This document shows, one piece after another, positions 1-11,800 of a stretch of DNA of 14,923 nucleotides. The position numbers and the translations under genes are program-made. The notes beneath the pieces were generated by a model. That model worked only from the letters and a program-made list of their open reading frames with translations. It did not search any database and was not told the origin of the DNA. The DNA comes from Amoeboaphelidium protococcarum X5 (Eukaryota > Fungi > Aphelidiomycota). Numbering within the stretch: position 1 is the first letter of the stretch; every line of letters starts with the position of its first letter. Where the stretch lies: the NCBI GenBank assembly GCA_023515725.1, contig JALDTO010000118.1:1-14923 (forward strand). The letters are read 5' to 3'.

Positions 1-215
1 TTGAAAGCTGTAGCTGATGAATTGGAAACTCGTCCTTTTGAGGTAATATTACTATTATTATCATTGTTAGTGCAATGTATTTATCGTAATACGTCATTTA
101 ATGAAGCGTGTGAGTGTAGCTGTACTTTCATAGAGATGCACTTAGCAAGTCGATGGAATAGGATCTGCAATCTGCTGGAATCGTTGGCGCAAGTTTACAA
201 GTGGATTTTTTGTGA
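1..215 (+). CDS. 3' end of a probable UBX-domain protein (Ubx5/UBXN7-like), join(<1..42,120..215)
   Basis: Splicing GT at 43 to AG at 119 with TAG=Gln gives LKAVADELETRPFE|LYFHRDALSKSMEQDLQSAGIVGASLQVDFL then TGA 213-215. This resembles the UBX C-terminal pattern FEL...(D/T)L/I..AG(L/I)...(L/I).V.F. The family call is from memory on only 45 aa. Confidence 0.6.
43..119 (+). other. Spliceosomal intron (77 nt, GT-AG, phase 0)
   Basis: GTAATA...GAGTGTAG, AT-rich. Removal joins two segments into a UBX-like C-terminus ending at TGA. Confidence 0.65.
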
Positions 216-425
216 TTAATTAAAATTGCGCATTTCTATCCTCTTTATTATAAAGTCTATTATTAAATTTCTTTACTATAAACTAGTTGCTTGTAAAGAC
301 ACTTTGTAGTCGTTCCCTTATTGATTGAAATATTGATCTTCCACTTCATAACATCAAACAATTGAAATTTCTTTCAATCTCCACAAAGTTACAATTTTAT
401 ACTAAAGTTCACTCGAATCTATAAA

Positions 426-3400
426 ATGCAGTCTATACTTTTAGTATCTGATAGACCAGTTAGAAGATTGGCTTTATTACCTAGATCTGTGCCAGGTAAA
501 GAGTCTTAGTATGCTCTGTTATTAGAAAATCTTGCTGCCCCTCAGTAATAATCTGGTAAATAATGCACAGCTAGATTTCAGTAGATCACTCAGCTTGATC
601 ATGCCAACTTTAAACAATTGTTAAATACTCCTATATATGGCACTCTTGGTCTCGTACAAGTAGATAAAGGTATGTATTATACTTATATTATGTATTATTA
701 TACATGTCAATCGCTGCTTGATTATTTGCATTCAGCATCCAAGTGTAGAACCATTTGTGTGTGTGATCACTGATCAAACTCTGGTCGGCAAGATGGAGGG
801 ATCGAGTATTTATCGCATCAATAATGTAATGTTCTTCTCGCTCACTAATCCTAGATATGATAATGTATCAGACAATGGATCAAGTTACTTGGTGAAGAAG
901 GAATTTAGTGGTGGCGGTAATGTTTAGTTTGGTCCTGATGGTCAACTGATTGAAGATTACGAATCTATACGCCATCCGTGTGCACATCTGTAAAAGTTTC
1001 TATCAACAGGCAGTTTCTATTACTCTTATGATTTTGATCTGACTAATAGTGCCCAGAATAGATAGTAGATTGAGAAGGGTATCAGCATATGGGAGACTGC
1101 TGATGATAGATTCTTCTGGAATGCCTATCTCATTGGGCAGTTGTTAAAATTTAGACGTTAATTGCCAGCAGAAGAATAATCAGCTCTGGACAGAGAAGGT
1201 CTTTTGGTTATGGCCATCAATGGATTCGTTCGAGTGGATTAAACGAATATTTATGGTGAAGCTGCGACCCTGGCTCTGATATCACGTTTATCTTGCCGTA
1301 GAAGTGGCACCAGATTCAATACTCGCGGCATCGATGACGATGGTAATGTGGCGAATAATGCCGAGACAGAGATGTTGATCTATGCCAAGAATCAGTGCTT
1401 CTCCTATCTTATTATAAGAGGTAGTGTGCCTGTATTTTGGGAATAATAGGGATTACAGTTGGGACAGCATAAGATTTAATTATCACGGAGTTTGGATGCA
1501 TCTCGACCTGCATTTGAGAAGCATTTCAAAGACATTTCAGATAGATATGGCCAGTGCCACGTGGTGAATCTCTTGGGGAGTATCAAAGAGAATAGTGCAG
1601 AGGTGGTGCTGTCTGATGCATTTAACTCTTAAATTAAGCTGGCTAATCTTGATCCGGTGGTATAGTGCACCAATTTTGATTTTCACGCTGTTACCAAGGG
1701 TGAAAAGTATGAAAATGTTGTTATGCTTCAGAGATTTATCCAGTAGTCTATGGATCAATTTGGTTACTTTCACTTTGATGGCACCGCTGGTGTGGTTAGA
1801 TAGTTTCAGAGTGGTGTATTTCGCGTCAACTGCCTGGATTGTCTGGATCGCACCAACGTTGTGGAAGGTTATTTGTGCAAGATTGTATCCAGTCGGTTCA
1901 CGCAATCTGTACTTAACTTGCACTCTGATACTTTATTCTCGCAATTCATGAATGATATATGGGCCGACAATGGAGATGAATTGTCAAAGATTTATACTGG
2001 CACTGGAGCTCTAAAGTCTGGATTCACTCGCACAGGTAAGCGCAGTATTATGGGTATGATGGATGACGCGCGAAAGACTGCTCAGAGGTTATATGTTAAC
2101 AACTTTTAGGATAAGTCAAAGCAAGAAGTTATTGACTTGCTGCTGGGTAAGTTGGCGAATCAGTTGGAAATCATATTGCATAATCCAATTTCAGAGGCTG
2201 TCAATGTTGCGTTAGAGAGTCGTATCACTGAATGGGCGTCCAAAACAAGTATATCTGTTCACGTTGCGACATGGAATGTGAATGGAAAATAGCCAACTGG
2301 GGAGAATATCTCTTCATGGCTCAAATTTGATAATTTGGCTGGCACAGTGCCTGATATGTTGGTGGTTGGCTTCCAGGAGATTGTTGAATTGAGTCCGTAG
2401 TAGATTATGGCCACCGATGTCAGCAAACGTCTGGTATGGGAAGAATTGTTGATCAAGACTTTAAACTCTGTATATCCAAATCAAAAATATGTTTTACTAA
2501 AGTCTGACTAGTTAGTAGGCGCGGCGCTAAGTGTATTTGTAAAGTCTTGCCACCTGCAGAATATTCGAAATGTTCATGGAGCTGTGAAAAAGACTGGTAT
2601 GGCGGGCCTGGCTGGTAATAAAGGAGGAATTGGGATCAGAATGGATTTCTATGACACAAGCTTGTGCTTTGTCTGCGCGCATCTAGCTGCTGGTCATTCA
2701 AATTATGCTGATAGGAACGCTGATTACAAGACTATAAATGATGGAATGGTGTTCAAGTAGGGATCTAAAATCCTGGACAATGAAGCTGTATTCTGGCTAG
2801 GTGACTTCAATTATAGAATCGATAGTGCCAATGATGAGGTGCGGGGCAGAATCAATAAGGGCGATCACTTATCACTGCTAGCTTTAGATCAGCTGGGAAT
2901 ACAAATGAGACTCGGTGGAGCATTCCAAGGCTTCTAGGAGGGAAAAATTACGTTCCCACCTACTTACAGATTCGATGTTGGAACTAACGATTATGACACT
3001 AGTGAGAAGGCTCGAATCCCTGCTTGGACTGATAGAGTTTTATTTAAAGGTTAGGGGGTGAAGTTGTTATCATACGGCAGAGCTGAACTCACTTCATCAG
3101 ATCATAAACCGGTAAAGGCCATGATGTAGGTCGAGTTGAAGATTGTGAACAAGTAGATTAAGGATTAGATTCAGATTGAACTAATGAAGTAGTACAATGA
3201 TGGCATATTGAAGGCTTCAGTAATTGCTGACACTGTGACCAAGTTGCAGTCTGCTGATGGCGGAATGGTCGCATAGAGAGGTGTCACGTAGCAATCAGTT
3301 TCAATGAACCTGATCGACATTGATGATGGTCCGTCTGCGCAACCACCTCCTAGACTTCCACCGCGGCCTGTTATGTCTAATGCCCAGTCTGCAAACTTTA

Positions 3401-3633
3401 ATTGGATGGACGGTGGAAATAGTGTAAATGATATGCAATTTGATTCATTTAAAAGTAAAGATCGTTTTGTTGTAGTTGATAGCAACAACAAGTCGCGTCA
3501 AATGGAGAATCCGTTTGCAGATCAGATTGATGTTTAGGCACGCACAGCCTCTACAAAACCACCCATTCCTCAGAGATAAACATAGATTATAGACAATCCT
3601 TTTGCTGATGAATATGCGGATCCTTGGAAATGA
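426..3633 (+). CDS. Synaptojanin-like polyphosphoinositide phosphatase (SAC1 + inositol 5-phosphatase domains; Inp52/Inp53/Syj1-like), join(426..669,749..3633), ~1042 aa
   Basis: With TAR=Gln: [52 protein letters not shown], intact SAC1 catalytic motif [12 protein letters not shown] (CLDCLDRT 1831-1854), then 5-phosphatase motifs [53 protein letters not shown] 426, ends TGA TGA at 3631-3636. Confidence 0.95.
670..748 (+). other. Spliceosomal intron (79 nt, GT-AG, phase 1)
   Basis: GTATGT donor at 670, AAGTGTAG acceptor ending 748. Removal reconciles the frame change and yields [18 protein letters not shown], typical of the synaptojanin N-terminus. Confidence 0.88.
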
Positions 3634-3822
3634 TGAATGTAGCTTATTGTGAAATTTTTGATTAGATGAACGTTGAATTTATAAATACTTTTTTATTGGC
3701 TGTTTTTAAGATGATCTTTCAGTTTCGACAAAGTAGTTTGTCACCTTTAAAGCTTTATTGTCTTCCTATAGAGATCTTCCTTTATTAAATATACATTTCA
3801 GAGTCTTTCTACCTCGGAAATT

Positions 3823-5199
3823 ATGAGCATTGTGTAGCGAAAGTAGAATAAAAATTAGTTAGATTACCCTGACCAGAAGGACGGTATAAGCAGGTCAACC
3901 TAAATAGTAAATGTGGATGCTTCACATTGGGACTGGCGATAATTTTGGTACATTTATTTGACTGTATTTGGATATTCTTTGGGTATTAATATGTTTATGC
4001 AATCGCTGCCGTTTCTGCTTAAAGACATTGGTGCATCTGAAGTTGAATACTCGTATGTAATGTCTGCAGGCTCTTTGGCTTCAATGTTGGGCTCGTTCGG
4101 CGCGGGTGTGTTTATCGATCGATTTGGATCCAAGATTACTTGTATTATCTCATATGTCGCTTGTATCGTTGGGTATCTGTCATCATTTAGTGCTTCCAGT
4201 CCATACATGTTGTATTTGAGCCGAGTGTCTGTTCTATTCTAACAAGCGGTAATAGCAAGTCGAACATTCGTGGCGATTGAAACTGAAAGTGACATTAACT
4301 CATTGTCTTATATTAGCGTGGCATATGGAATAGGCGCTGCATTGGGACCAATATTATCTGGGTACATCATAAGGTTCAACTCTGTTTAGACGGTCGGTAT
4401 GGCGTGTATTGGTGTTAATGTACTGTGTCTGTTGATAGTTACAGTGACAATGAACAGCGGCGATGGTGGCGATTTTAAAAATCGAAAACCAGCTGCGTCG
4501 CGACGAGTTTTGCGGCGCGTTTCAACTTCAAGCTTGTTTAAAACAATTGGCTTGCATGATATCATCGTGTTGTGTAGTATTGTGAGGTTGAGATCTCTTC
4601 TTGCCACTAAGGCCCTGATAACATTTGCTTCCTCTGCGCTGCATACTTAGCTCTCATACACTCTCATAAATTAGTATAACTTTGAATCTTAAAGCGTCGG
4701 TTTTGTATATACACTGCTCGGCTGTGTCATGGTAATTGTTTAATTAGCTGTAGGCCCTCTTCTAACAAGATTAGGTATAAAGCAGTCAACAGCCATGAAG
4801 CTGTCGACAATGTTCATATGTTCTGCATCGCTATTGTATTTTTTGGCTACATCATACATGTTGTACGTGCTGAGTGTTATGCTATTCACAGCGGGAGTTA
4901 CCGCGTTCGTCTCGCTGGGAAACTCTCTGCTTACGCGCGCAGTTAACGACAATCAGCGGTAGAAATCGAATGTCGCGGATGCTAAAGAACTTTAAGGCAC
5001 AATCATTGGACTTGACATGGGATGTGTTAATCTTGTCCGTGTTGTTGCCCCATTAATGATTGCCAGAGTCAATTATGCTGCAGTTATACCTTTACTATGT
5101 AGTGCATTGGCATCAATTTCTCTGTTGAATGAGTCTATACGATCTGAGTAGCGATAATAGATTTAAAATAATAACAATAGTTATGTTCGATTTGATTGA
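3823..5199 (+). CDS. Major facilitator superfamily transporter (DHA1/TetA/SLC22A18-like), ~458 aa
   Basis: Single frame ATG 3823 to TGA 5197-5199 with TAR=Gln. Repeated hydrophobic helices, MFS motif A-like GVFIDRFGSK, helix-4 Arg in LYLSR, motif C-like AYGIGAALGPILSG. Confidence 0.88.
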
Positions 5200-5295
5200 G
5201 TTTCAAAGAGGCGTTGCTCATTCTTAATGTAAATTTCGCACTGAAGAAAGAACTTGTCCTCGCTCTAACTTAGCTTCATCAAAACTACGTTTTAC

Positions 5296-5745
5296 GGCGC
5301 GAAAGTGATACGGACTATGAACTAGATAATTTCCTACAGACTGAAGGTTGTTGAAATAGTATATCTCGAAATCTGAAAGGGAGAAGAGCGTTAATTGGTA
5401 CGTTTAAAATTCATTCCTTTTAGTTCTTGATAGTAACACCTGTTCAACCAGCAAAGACTTTTGAGCGAACAAATGCCGGACATTATTCTCCTCAACAAAT
5501 TGGAGTATTAACAGACATTTAACACATGTACAGTGCTTCGCTACGTAAAGGCCAATGGTAACAACGCCGCCGCCATGATCATTCTCTGAGTCAAACACGC
5601 GTGTCGCTCAATGGAATTCTTTCCCTTCTTCATATTCCCCACACAAAATCAAAAGTGCGCCCTCTTTAACATCGCCGCTGCATTCATTCAGCAATAAATA
5701 TCTCGCTCTCTTTCTCTCGCTCCCTTCTCTCTCACTTACCTTTTT
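5296..5745 (+). promoter_or_regulatory. Probable promoter/5' leader region of the USP gene
   Basis: Within the longest intergenic spacer (5200-5836). Contains GGCGCGAAA (5296-5304), CCAAT (5552-5556), TGAGTCA (5587-5593), palindrome ACACGCGTGT (5595-5604) and a CT-rich tract (~5701-5745). Function is inferred only. Confidence 0.35.
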
Positions 5746-5836
5746 GTCAAAACTGAAATCCAGCCAGTACGACTTCAAACGAATATTCATTCTCATTCTA
5801 TCTTATCATCATCAACACGTTAGATTGGTATAACAA

Positions 5837-8800
5837 ATGGATTTGGAGTCTCTATTTTCGTTTTCTGAGGATACCAACATTCCGGGTGACGATGTTATAA
5901 TTATGGAAGATGTACAAGATGATAATGGTTACGAGTAATTGATTGAGCCTGGATTTGCAGAATCTGTAAACTTGGAAAAGTTGTAAATGTTGGTGTAATG
6001 GATGTCCGGTGTTCCGTATAATGTGTCTTCAAACATACTATTGGAAGAGTCTATCGTTGAGAATACCATTCATCCTGACGATATTTATCTGCAGTTTATC
6101 AACACTGAGCTACTTAAAGTTATCGATATCGTGCTCAATAATGAACGTGTTCCGGTACGGATTGCAAAGAAGTTCATGTTCTCTCTCTGTCGTTTGTACG
6201 TATTTTACTTGAGTTATGCAGATGCGCTGGTGGATTTTTATGAACTTGTCAGGAATGTTATAGCGGATAATAACAGTTACAGCTTGTTTTAACGCCGCTC
6301 TGACTTGCATGATGAGTTGACCGCGTATTACATGCAGGAAGTCAATCTTATGTAAGAAGTCATGCACGTTATGGAAGTGGGATGTGTATCGCCAGAGTCT
6401 CTCTTTGTCATTCTTGATCCATATATTACTGTGATGAATGGGTACAAGGATGTGGATAGTGACCTATTGTAGCTATTTCGATGTCTTTGCTCTGCGGATC
6501 AGTTTCTCAAAGGATCAAGGCAGAGTATTGTTGCTCTGGTTAAAGTCTTTTTAGGTACTGATATTGCTCAGAATCGACAGTTTAATGTTCTGCTGTTTAG
6601 TCTTGGCTATGATCTATTTATCAAAGTGTAACAGTTGGAGAAGAAACTACTAGGATTGAGCATTATCTCAGAGAGTGTGCAAACTTTATTAAAGTTGTAA
6701 TAGTAAAGCTCTGATGGGGTATTAATGGATGAGCAGTTGAATTCGAATGTGGATTTCTAGGACTTATTGTCATAATTACTCAGCAGATAGGAGTTTATCA
6801 GTAGATCTTTGCCTATTGTACGGTGGATGATTAGTAATGAGTTATTCGATCGTGGTTGTATCGAGAAAGTGATCAATGTAGTAAGTAGTCCTCAGTAGCA
6901 TGATTCTTTGAGACAGGTAGTTACTGACTTAGTTGTGGATATTATTCAAGAATTTGGTGCTGCGGGAAATCAATCTATGATTCAGTCTATTAGAGATTTA
7001 GTATTTGTGATCGATAGCACCTTGCTGGAGAAGCGAATATTTAGCGTTTATGCCACTTTGATTTAGTGCTTCAACGCCATGTAAATGGATGAAGATGTCA
7101 GAATATGCTTACAAAAGCTCTGGTCGTTCTGTTGTGGAATGAAGTAGTAGTCGGACTCTGCTGTATCCCATGCCGCCTCTCCAATTAATCATTACCCATC
7201 ACAATTATAATCTCAGAATCTGTGGGCAGGAGCTTTTGAGATACTAAGCAAAGTTTGTAGCAGAAATGCAGATTATGCTAGATTTGAATAGTATTGCCTG
7301 GATCTCGCTTGGAATTCTTTTATTGAAGATCCAAGTCACTTGTACTTTTGTGTGGTATTATTCTAGTGCCTGTTGGATTCTGATAGATAGCTGGTTCGTC
7401 TTTTAATTGATCGTGGCTTAATTTCCAAGTTGGAAGATTCTTTTATCGGTTATCATATGCAAGTTCGCAGCAGAGTTAAGGATATGATCGATTCGTCTCC
7501 CAATCCATAGAGTTATGCGAATTTCAATTGGCTCGATTCTGTCCTAGTGGGTCATGTACAAGTTGGTTCTGTTGTAGAGAGCGTGCTGCGATTCTATCTA
7601 TTTCTAAAAGTCAATCTGTAGTAGCCGAATCTTGATATCGAACTGGTATCTAAGCCGTATGTTGAAAGATTGTGGTCTGAATTTGTGGTGAACGGTGTTT
7701 GTGAACAAGAGCAAGTCATGGTTATTCAAGGAATGTGTGGTATTCTGGACTCGCAGCTGATGTCTCTTGTTCTGTCTCAACTATTGCCTCGATTAAAGTA
7801 TCATGATTTGACTTTAAATCTATATCATTCGATCGAGAATATGTTCTTAATGCTCAACGCAAGAAATTCAAGTGTTACTGATGATACTGAGCAGAATAGT
7901 GATCAAAGTCGTCGCAAGATCAAGGTTTAGAATTTCAATAATATTGTGTAGTTGGACACATTGTGGGCCTTGTACTGGGGCATTGGAGACAATCACGTAG
8001 TCTCTGCCTGTTTAAATACTTTGGTTTAGATCTACTAAGGGAATAAGGATACTGCTTCTCTATTTGTTACGAATTGTATGAACCGTGTTGGTCCTGAGAT
8101 TGAAGATTCGCGGCATCTTGGCAGAGCGCTGTTTGCACTGCAGTAGTTTATGTAATAGGAACTGGATAATCGTAAATCCAATTTACCTTAGAAGAGAGGT
8201 ATTTCTAACGTTAATGGTGAAAGCACTGGCTGGAAGTCTCCTTTGATTTCTACGCCTTCTCTTAGTAATGGGTGGTCTTTGTAAGGATAAGGTAATACAC
8301 GTGAAAGTTCTATGCAATCAATGATATTGTACATATAGTTGTTTGGGAGTGGACCTGGTGATAGAAGAAAGATTTAGCTTGGTTCATAAGATACTGTATC
8401 TAGATTGAGATTTCTTATATCTCAAGAGTTTGGTATGTAGCCTGAGGAGGTTAGAATCTTGGCTGTTGGTAAATCTCTTGATAACGATGATTAAACTTTG
8501 GGTGATTGTCATATCGTGGATTAGATGGTTATTCAAGTTATCAAGAGAATGTAGACAGCTATATCTGTGTAGAAGAGCGACGTTAAATAGCTTGATTAGT
8601 CCATGTATTCATTGTCTGATCTCTTTGATGGTGATGCTTTTTAGCGCTTGTTTTCATTGTTAGACTCTTCGGATAATGAGGTGTAGTCTCTGGCCTGGCA
8701 GTTGATCAAGATGCTCCCACCCAGCTCTTCACATTAAAAAGCGGTCCGTAATGCCCTCTCTGATCCTAGCGAATTCTTGCAGCTGTTTTAGACTAGTTCT

Positions 8801-11800
8801 GGGTATGGTTTGCTTTATGATTTGCAGATTTTGTACGATGATTTAAGGAAACAGGATAATGTCTCGGTTATTGCTCCACTTCTTAAGCAGCATGGGGATT
8901 AGATTCTGGAGACTCTCATCGTATAGATTACTTTAATTTTGCAAACGTTGTTATCTGCTCCTCAGGATTCTGTGAGACTTGGTTAGATCGATGTACTTTT
9001 AAACATTGTTGATATTATATGCAGAAAGGTCGATATAGCACCGAAAATGACGAAATCGCAAGTGGATACTTTCATATAATTCTCTGTTAAATCTATGTAA
9101 GATTGGTAGAGTTGTCCTCTGGATTTATCATACGGTTTGATGATTGTTGTACTCAAAGACTAAAGTGCATTGGTAGACTCTCTTGATAGTTTGCCCAAGT
9201 ATTTAGCAAGTCTGTTGGTGTTGATGGTTGGCAGCGAGTATGGAGGATCGACATTATTGGGCCTTGACTATTCCAGGCATAACGACATTAGAGGATTCAA
9301 CAAAAAATGCTTTGACCACATTGAAGAGTAATTATCTCATTTTGATAAGAATTTTTAGGTTTAGCTAGTCTTTAAGATGGTGAAGTAGTTATCATTGTTG
9401 CATAATTATTGCTATGATTGTAAGCTGTACTTTGAGCTTATGAAAGATCTCTTAAAGTCTATTGATTCCGCGATTTCTGGTAGTGAAGATGCTGTGAATC
9501 TTTTAACGTTGCTCTGCGTACAGCTCTTTGCTCGCAGTGTGTCGAAAGAGTATTATGATCAAAATACTTCACTGGTTGACCATTTCACGGTGGGATTGGT
9601 GGAAGGAATACAGCTGGTGTTCCAGTTACAACAGCATGAAGATTCTTAATTCATTCCCGACTTCCATCAAAGATTTAATTTGATAAAGCTGATGTTTGAC
9701 TACCTGTTTGATATTCCCACATTGCTCAATAGAGGCAAATTCGGACCTCCTGTGGCAAAGTCTATGATATTGCGATAGTCATGTTATGACTTGATCAGAG
9801 TAGTGTCTTAGTAATCTTGGGACCAATTTGTTCAAGTAGTGAAGCTAGTTTAAGAGTAATAAGAAATCGTGTATTGCGGTAAGGGATTGTTTGAGTATAG
9901 TCCGGGAGATGGCTCTAAATCTGTGACTGGACGCGTTGGATTAAAGAATCTTGGAGCCACGTGCTACATGAACTCTCTTTTGCAGTAGTTTTATATGATT
10001 TAGCCATTCAGAAATTAGCTGCTCTCCATTCGCAAGTACGAAGAGTCTAAGGATGAAGATTTCATATTTCAGCTGTAGAATCTATTTGTTCATTTGATGG
10101 AGAGTGAGCGGCGAGCGTATAACACATTATCATTCACAAAGACATGTCGCGATATCGAAGGCAATAAAATGAATGTGTACTAGCAGATGGATGTCGATGA
10201 GTTTTATAATGTTTTCCTGGATAAAGTTGAAGGAATTGTCAAGGACACTGATCAGTAGGACATTGTGAAGACGGTCTTTGGTGGGCAGCTTCTACAGCAG
10301 ATAAAGTCTCGAGATTGTGAGCATGTATCCGAGCGCCGCGAGGCCTATTATTCGATCTAGTGTGAGGTGAAGAATCAGCAATCTTTGGTTGACAGTCTGC
10401 ACAATTTTATTAAGGAGGAGGTGTTGGACGGCGATAACAAGTATTTCTGTGGTCAGTGCTAGACCCATGTATCTGCCACTAAGCGTATATGTGTTCAAGA
10501 TCTGCCGCCTGTGCTGGTGTTCAGTCTAAAGAGATTTGATTTCGATTTCGAAACTATGCGCAGATTGAAGATTTATGATCGGTTTGAATTTCCATCAATG
10601 ATCAATATGAAAGAGTATACTGCGGACTTTATCAATTAAGATGGTGCTTTGGGAAGTGAGGATATGGTCAGCGATGCTCCGAGTAATGTCATTTCTCCTG
10701 CATCTACTGCATCGGTTGGCTCTGATGGCATCTGGTACAAGCTGAGAGGCGTTCTCGTTCATACGGGCACTGCTGATTCTGGACACTATTACTCATACAT
10801 CCGGGAAGATTAGAGGATTGCAGGTGCTTCTCAGTCTTAAAATTAGTCTGAGAATGAGAAGTGGTTACTTTTTAATGACTCTCTGGTTGAGCCGTTTGAC
10901 GTGAATAATATACCAGAGGAATGTTTTGGTGGTCACGTTAACAACAGCGATCGAATGAAGAATTACAGTGCCTACATGTTGTTCTATGACCGCGTGGAGG
11001 ATGGTGGTAATCCATCTATGCATGTTGAGATGGAAAAGAGTCAATCATAATCGAAGGCACCTTAAGAGTTAGTGCAGTCCGTCTGGGAAGAGAATTTTTA
11101 GCATTACAAAGATCGGAATTACTATGATACCAACTATTACAGTCTAATTGAGTACATTATTTAGCAAATGTTGGATGGCGGCAAGTTCAAAGATACTGCA
11201 GATCCCAATATCAATGTGAATTCAGAGCTGTTTAAAGTTGGTCAGATTGCCTTTCGATATCTGGTTAATGTGCTAGTACATAGTAAAGACTTTTACAAGT
11301 GCAAGTAAATAGCGCGATCTATCATGTCTTTGGTCGAGAAGAATGCTGATTTGAGCAGATGGATCCTGTAGCAGTTCATCGTGTAGAATGATATGTTTGT
11401 TGATATGACTCTGTAATGTTATTTAGTCGACGTTAGAAGCTGTATAACTCAATTGATATTGTGCAGCATTAAAACTATAAGGTCTGGCGCTTTAGAGAGT
11501 CGAATTAGAAATAATGTCTTAGAAGAAGTGGGTGGTGACACTGAGGATTGTTATGGATTTTCTCTGCTCAGTCTCGGATCTCCTGCTCAAGTCAAAGTGT
11601 CCAGATCTGTTACTGATGATCGTTAGGAAGCCATCAATGTTGGACCTCTTATGTTCCGCTTTATGGAGCAAATACACGATCTGATGGTGGACAGTCGAAT
11701 TAGAAAGCATTGGAAGTACTTTAACGAATTCTGGGAACTCTTGGTCTCTATTGCCCAGCTAGGCCGTGAAGAAAGTATGTACATGCTACATCGCGGATTT

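Noticed and set aside
1-219. Track ORF 1..219 (72 aa) as a real protein
   Set aside because: It reads through the probable intron 43-119 and ends on TAA. The spliced UBX-like reading is more coherent.
1831-1854. Inactive Inp51-type SAC1 domain
   Set aside because: The CX5RT catalytic motif (CLDCLDRT) is intact.
5200-5836. Suppressor tRNA, other ncRNA or small gene in the long spacer
   Set aside because: No cloverleaf or convincing coding signal seen by eye. The USP frame is closed by a TGA near 5576 with no ATG before 5837. A tRNAscan-SE/Infernal run would be needed to exclude this fully.
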